20,000 nucleotides of DNA from Catajapyx aquilonaris (taxonomy: Eukaryota), in the NCBI GenBank assembly GCA_000934665.2, contig JYFJ02001488.1:58212-78211 (forward strand), read 5' to 3'. This document shows, in pieces, positions 19,906 to 20,000 of the stretch (positions within the stretch are counted from its first letter, which is position 1; every line of letters begins with the position of its first letter). The position numbers and the translations under genes were made by a program. The notes below the pieces were generated by a model that had not been told where the DNA came from, searched no databases, and saw nothing but the letters and a program-made list of their open reading frames with translations.

Positions 19906-20000
19906 TCTAATATATATAAAGCCCCAATCCGAGGAGGATATAGGATGGAAAAGATCTCCCACTTCCCGAGGTCGTACAGACCTCGGACTTACGCCGTTGG
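19906..20000 (+). mobile_element. Possible 5' end of a second Helitron-like element running off the window
   Basis: A|TCTAATATATATAAAG resembles insect Helitron 5' termini; composition shifts to higher GC; 8-bp hairpin CCGAGGTC-GTACA-GACCTCGG at 19966-19986. The 3' end is not visible. Confidence 0.3.

Overview
Eukaryotic, arthropod/insect-like genomic DNA: AT-rich, with short spliceosomal introns. The window is a head-to-tail tandem array of DEG/ENaC (pickpocket-family) sodium-channel genes, all on the + strand. By hand I can splice four intact 10-coding-exon genes (1833-4259, 5102-7857, 10587-15627, 16797-19792; about 549-555 aa each, with the same intron positions and phases) and one truncated, frameshifted pseudogene (9123-~9630). 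Copies 3 and 4 are recent near-identical duplicates with patchy identity. Copy 3 carries a 1,948-bp almost wholly palindromic foldback element in intron 3 (GAG...CTC termini, ~760-bp arms differing at only a few positions), next to an (AT)30 tract that copy 4 lacks. Also present are a non-autonomous Helitron (84-409), a 111-bp hAT-type MITE with an 8-bp TSD (806-916), a GC-AG intron in copy 1, pore substitutions unique to copy 2, a conserved upstream motif, a chain of ATGA-overlapping uORFs in the predicted leaders of copies 3 and 4, and an inverted duplication covering the predicted leader splice donor of copy 4. All gene models are manual, with no expression data or database search; organism and exact ppk orthology are not determined.
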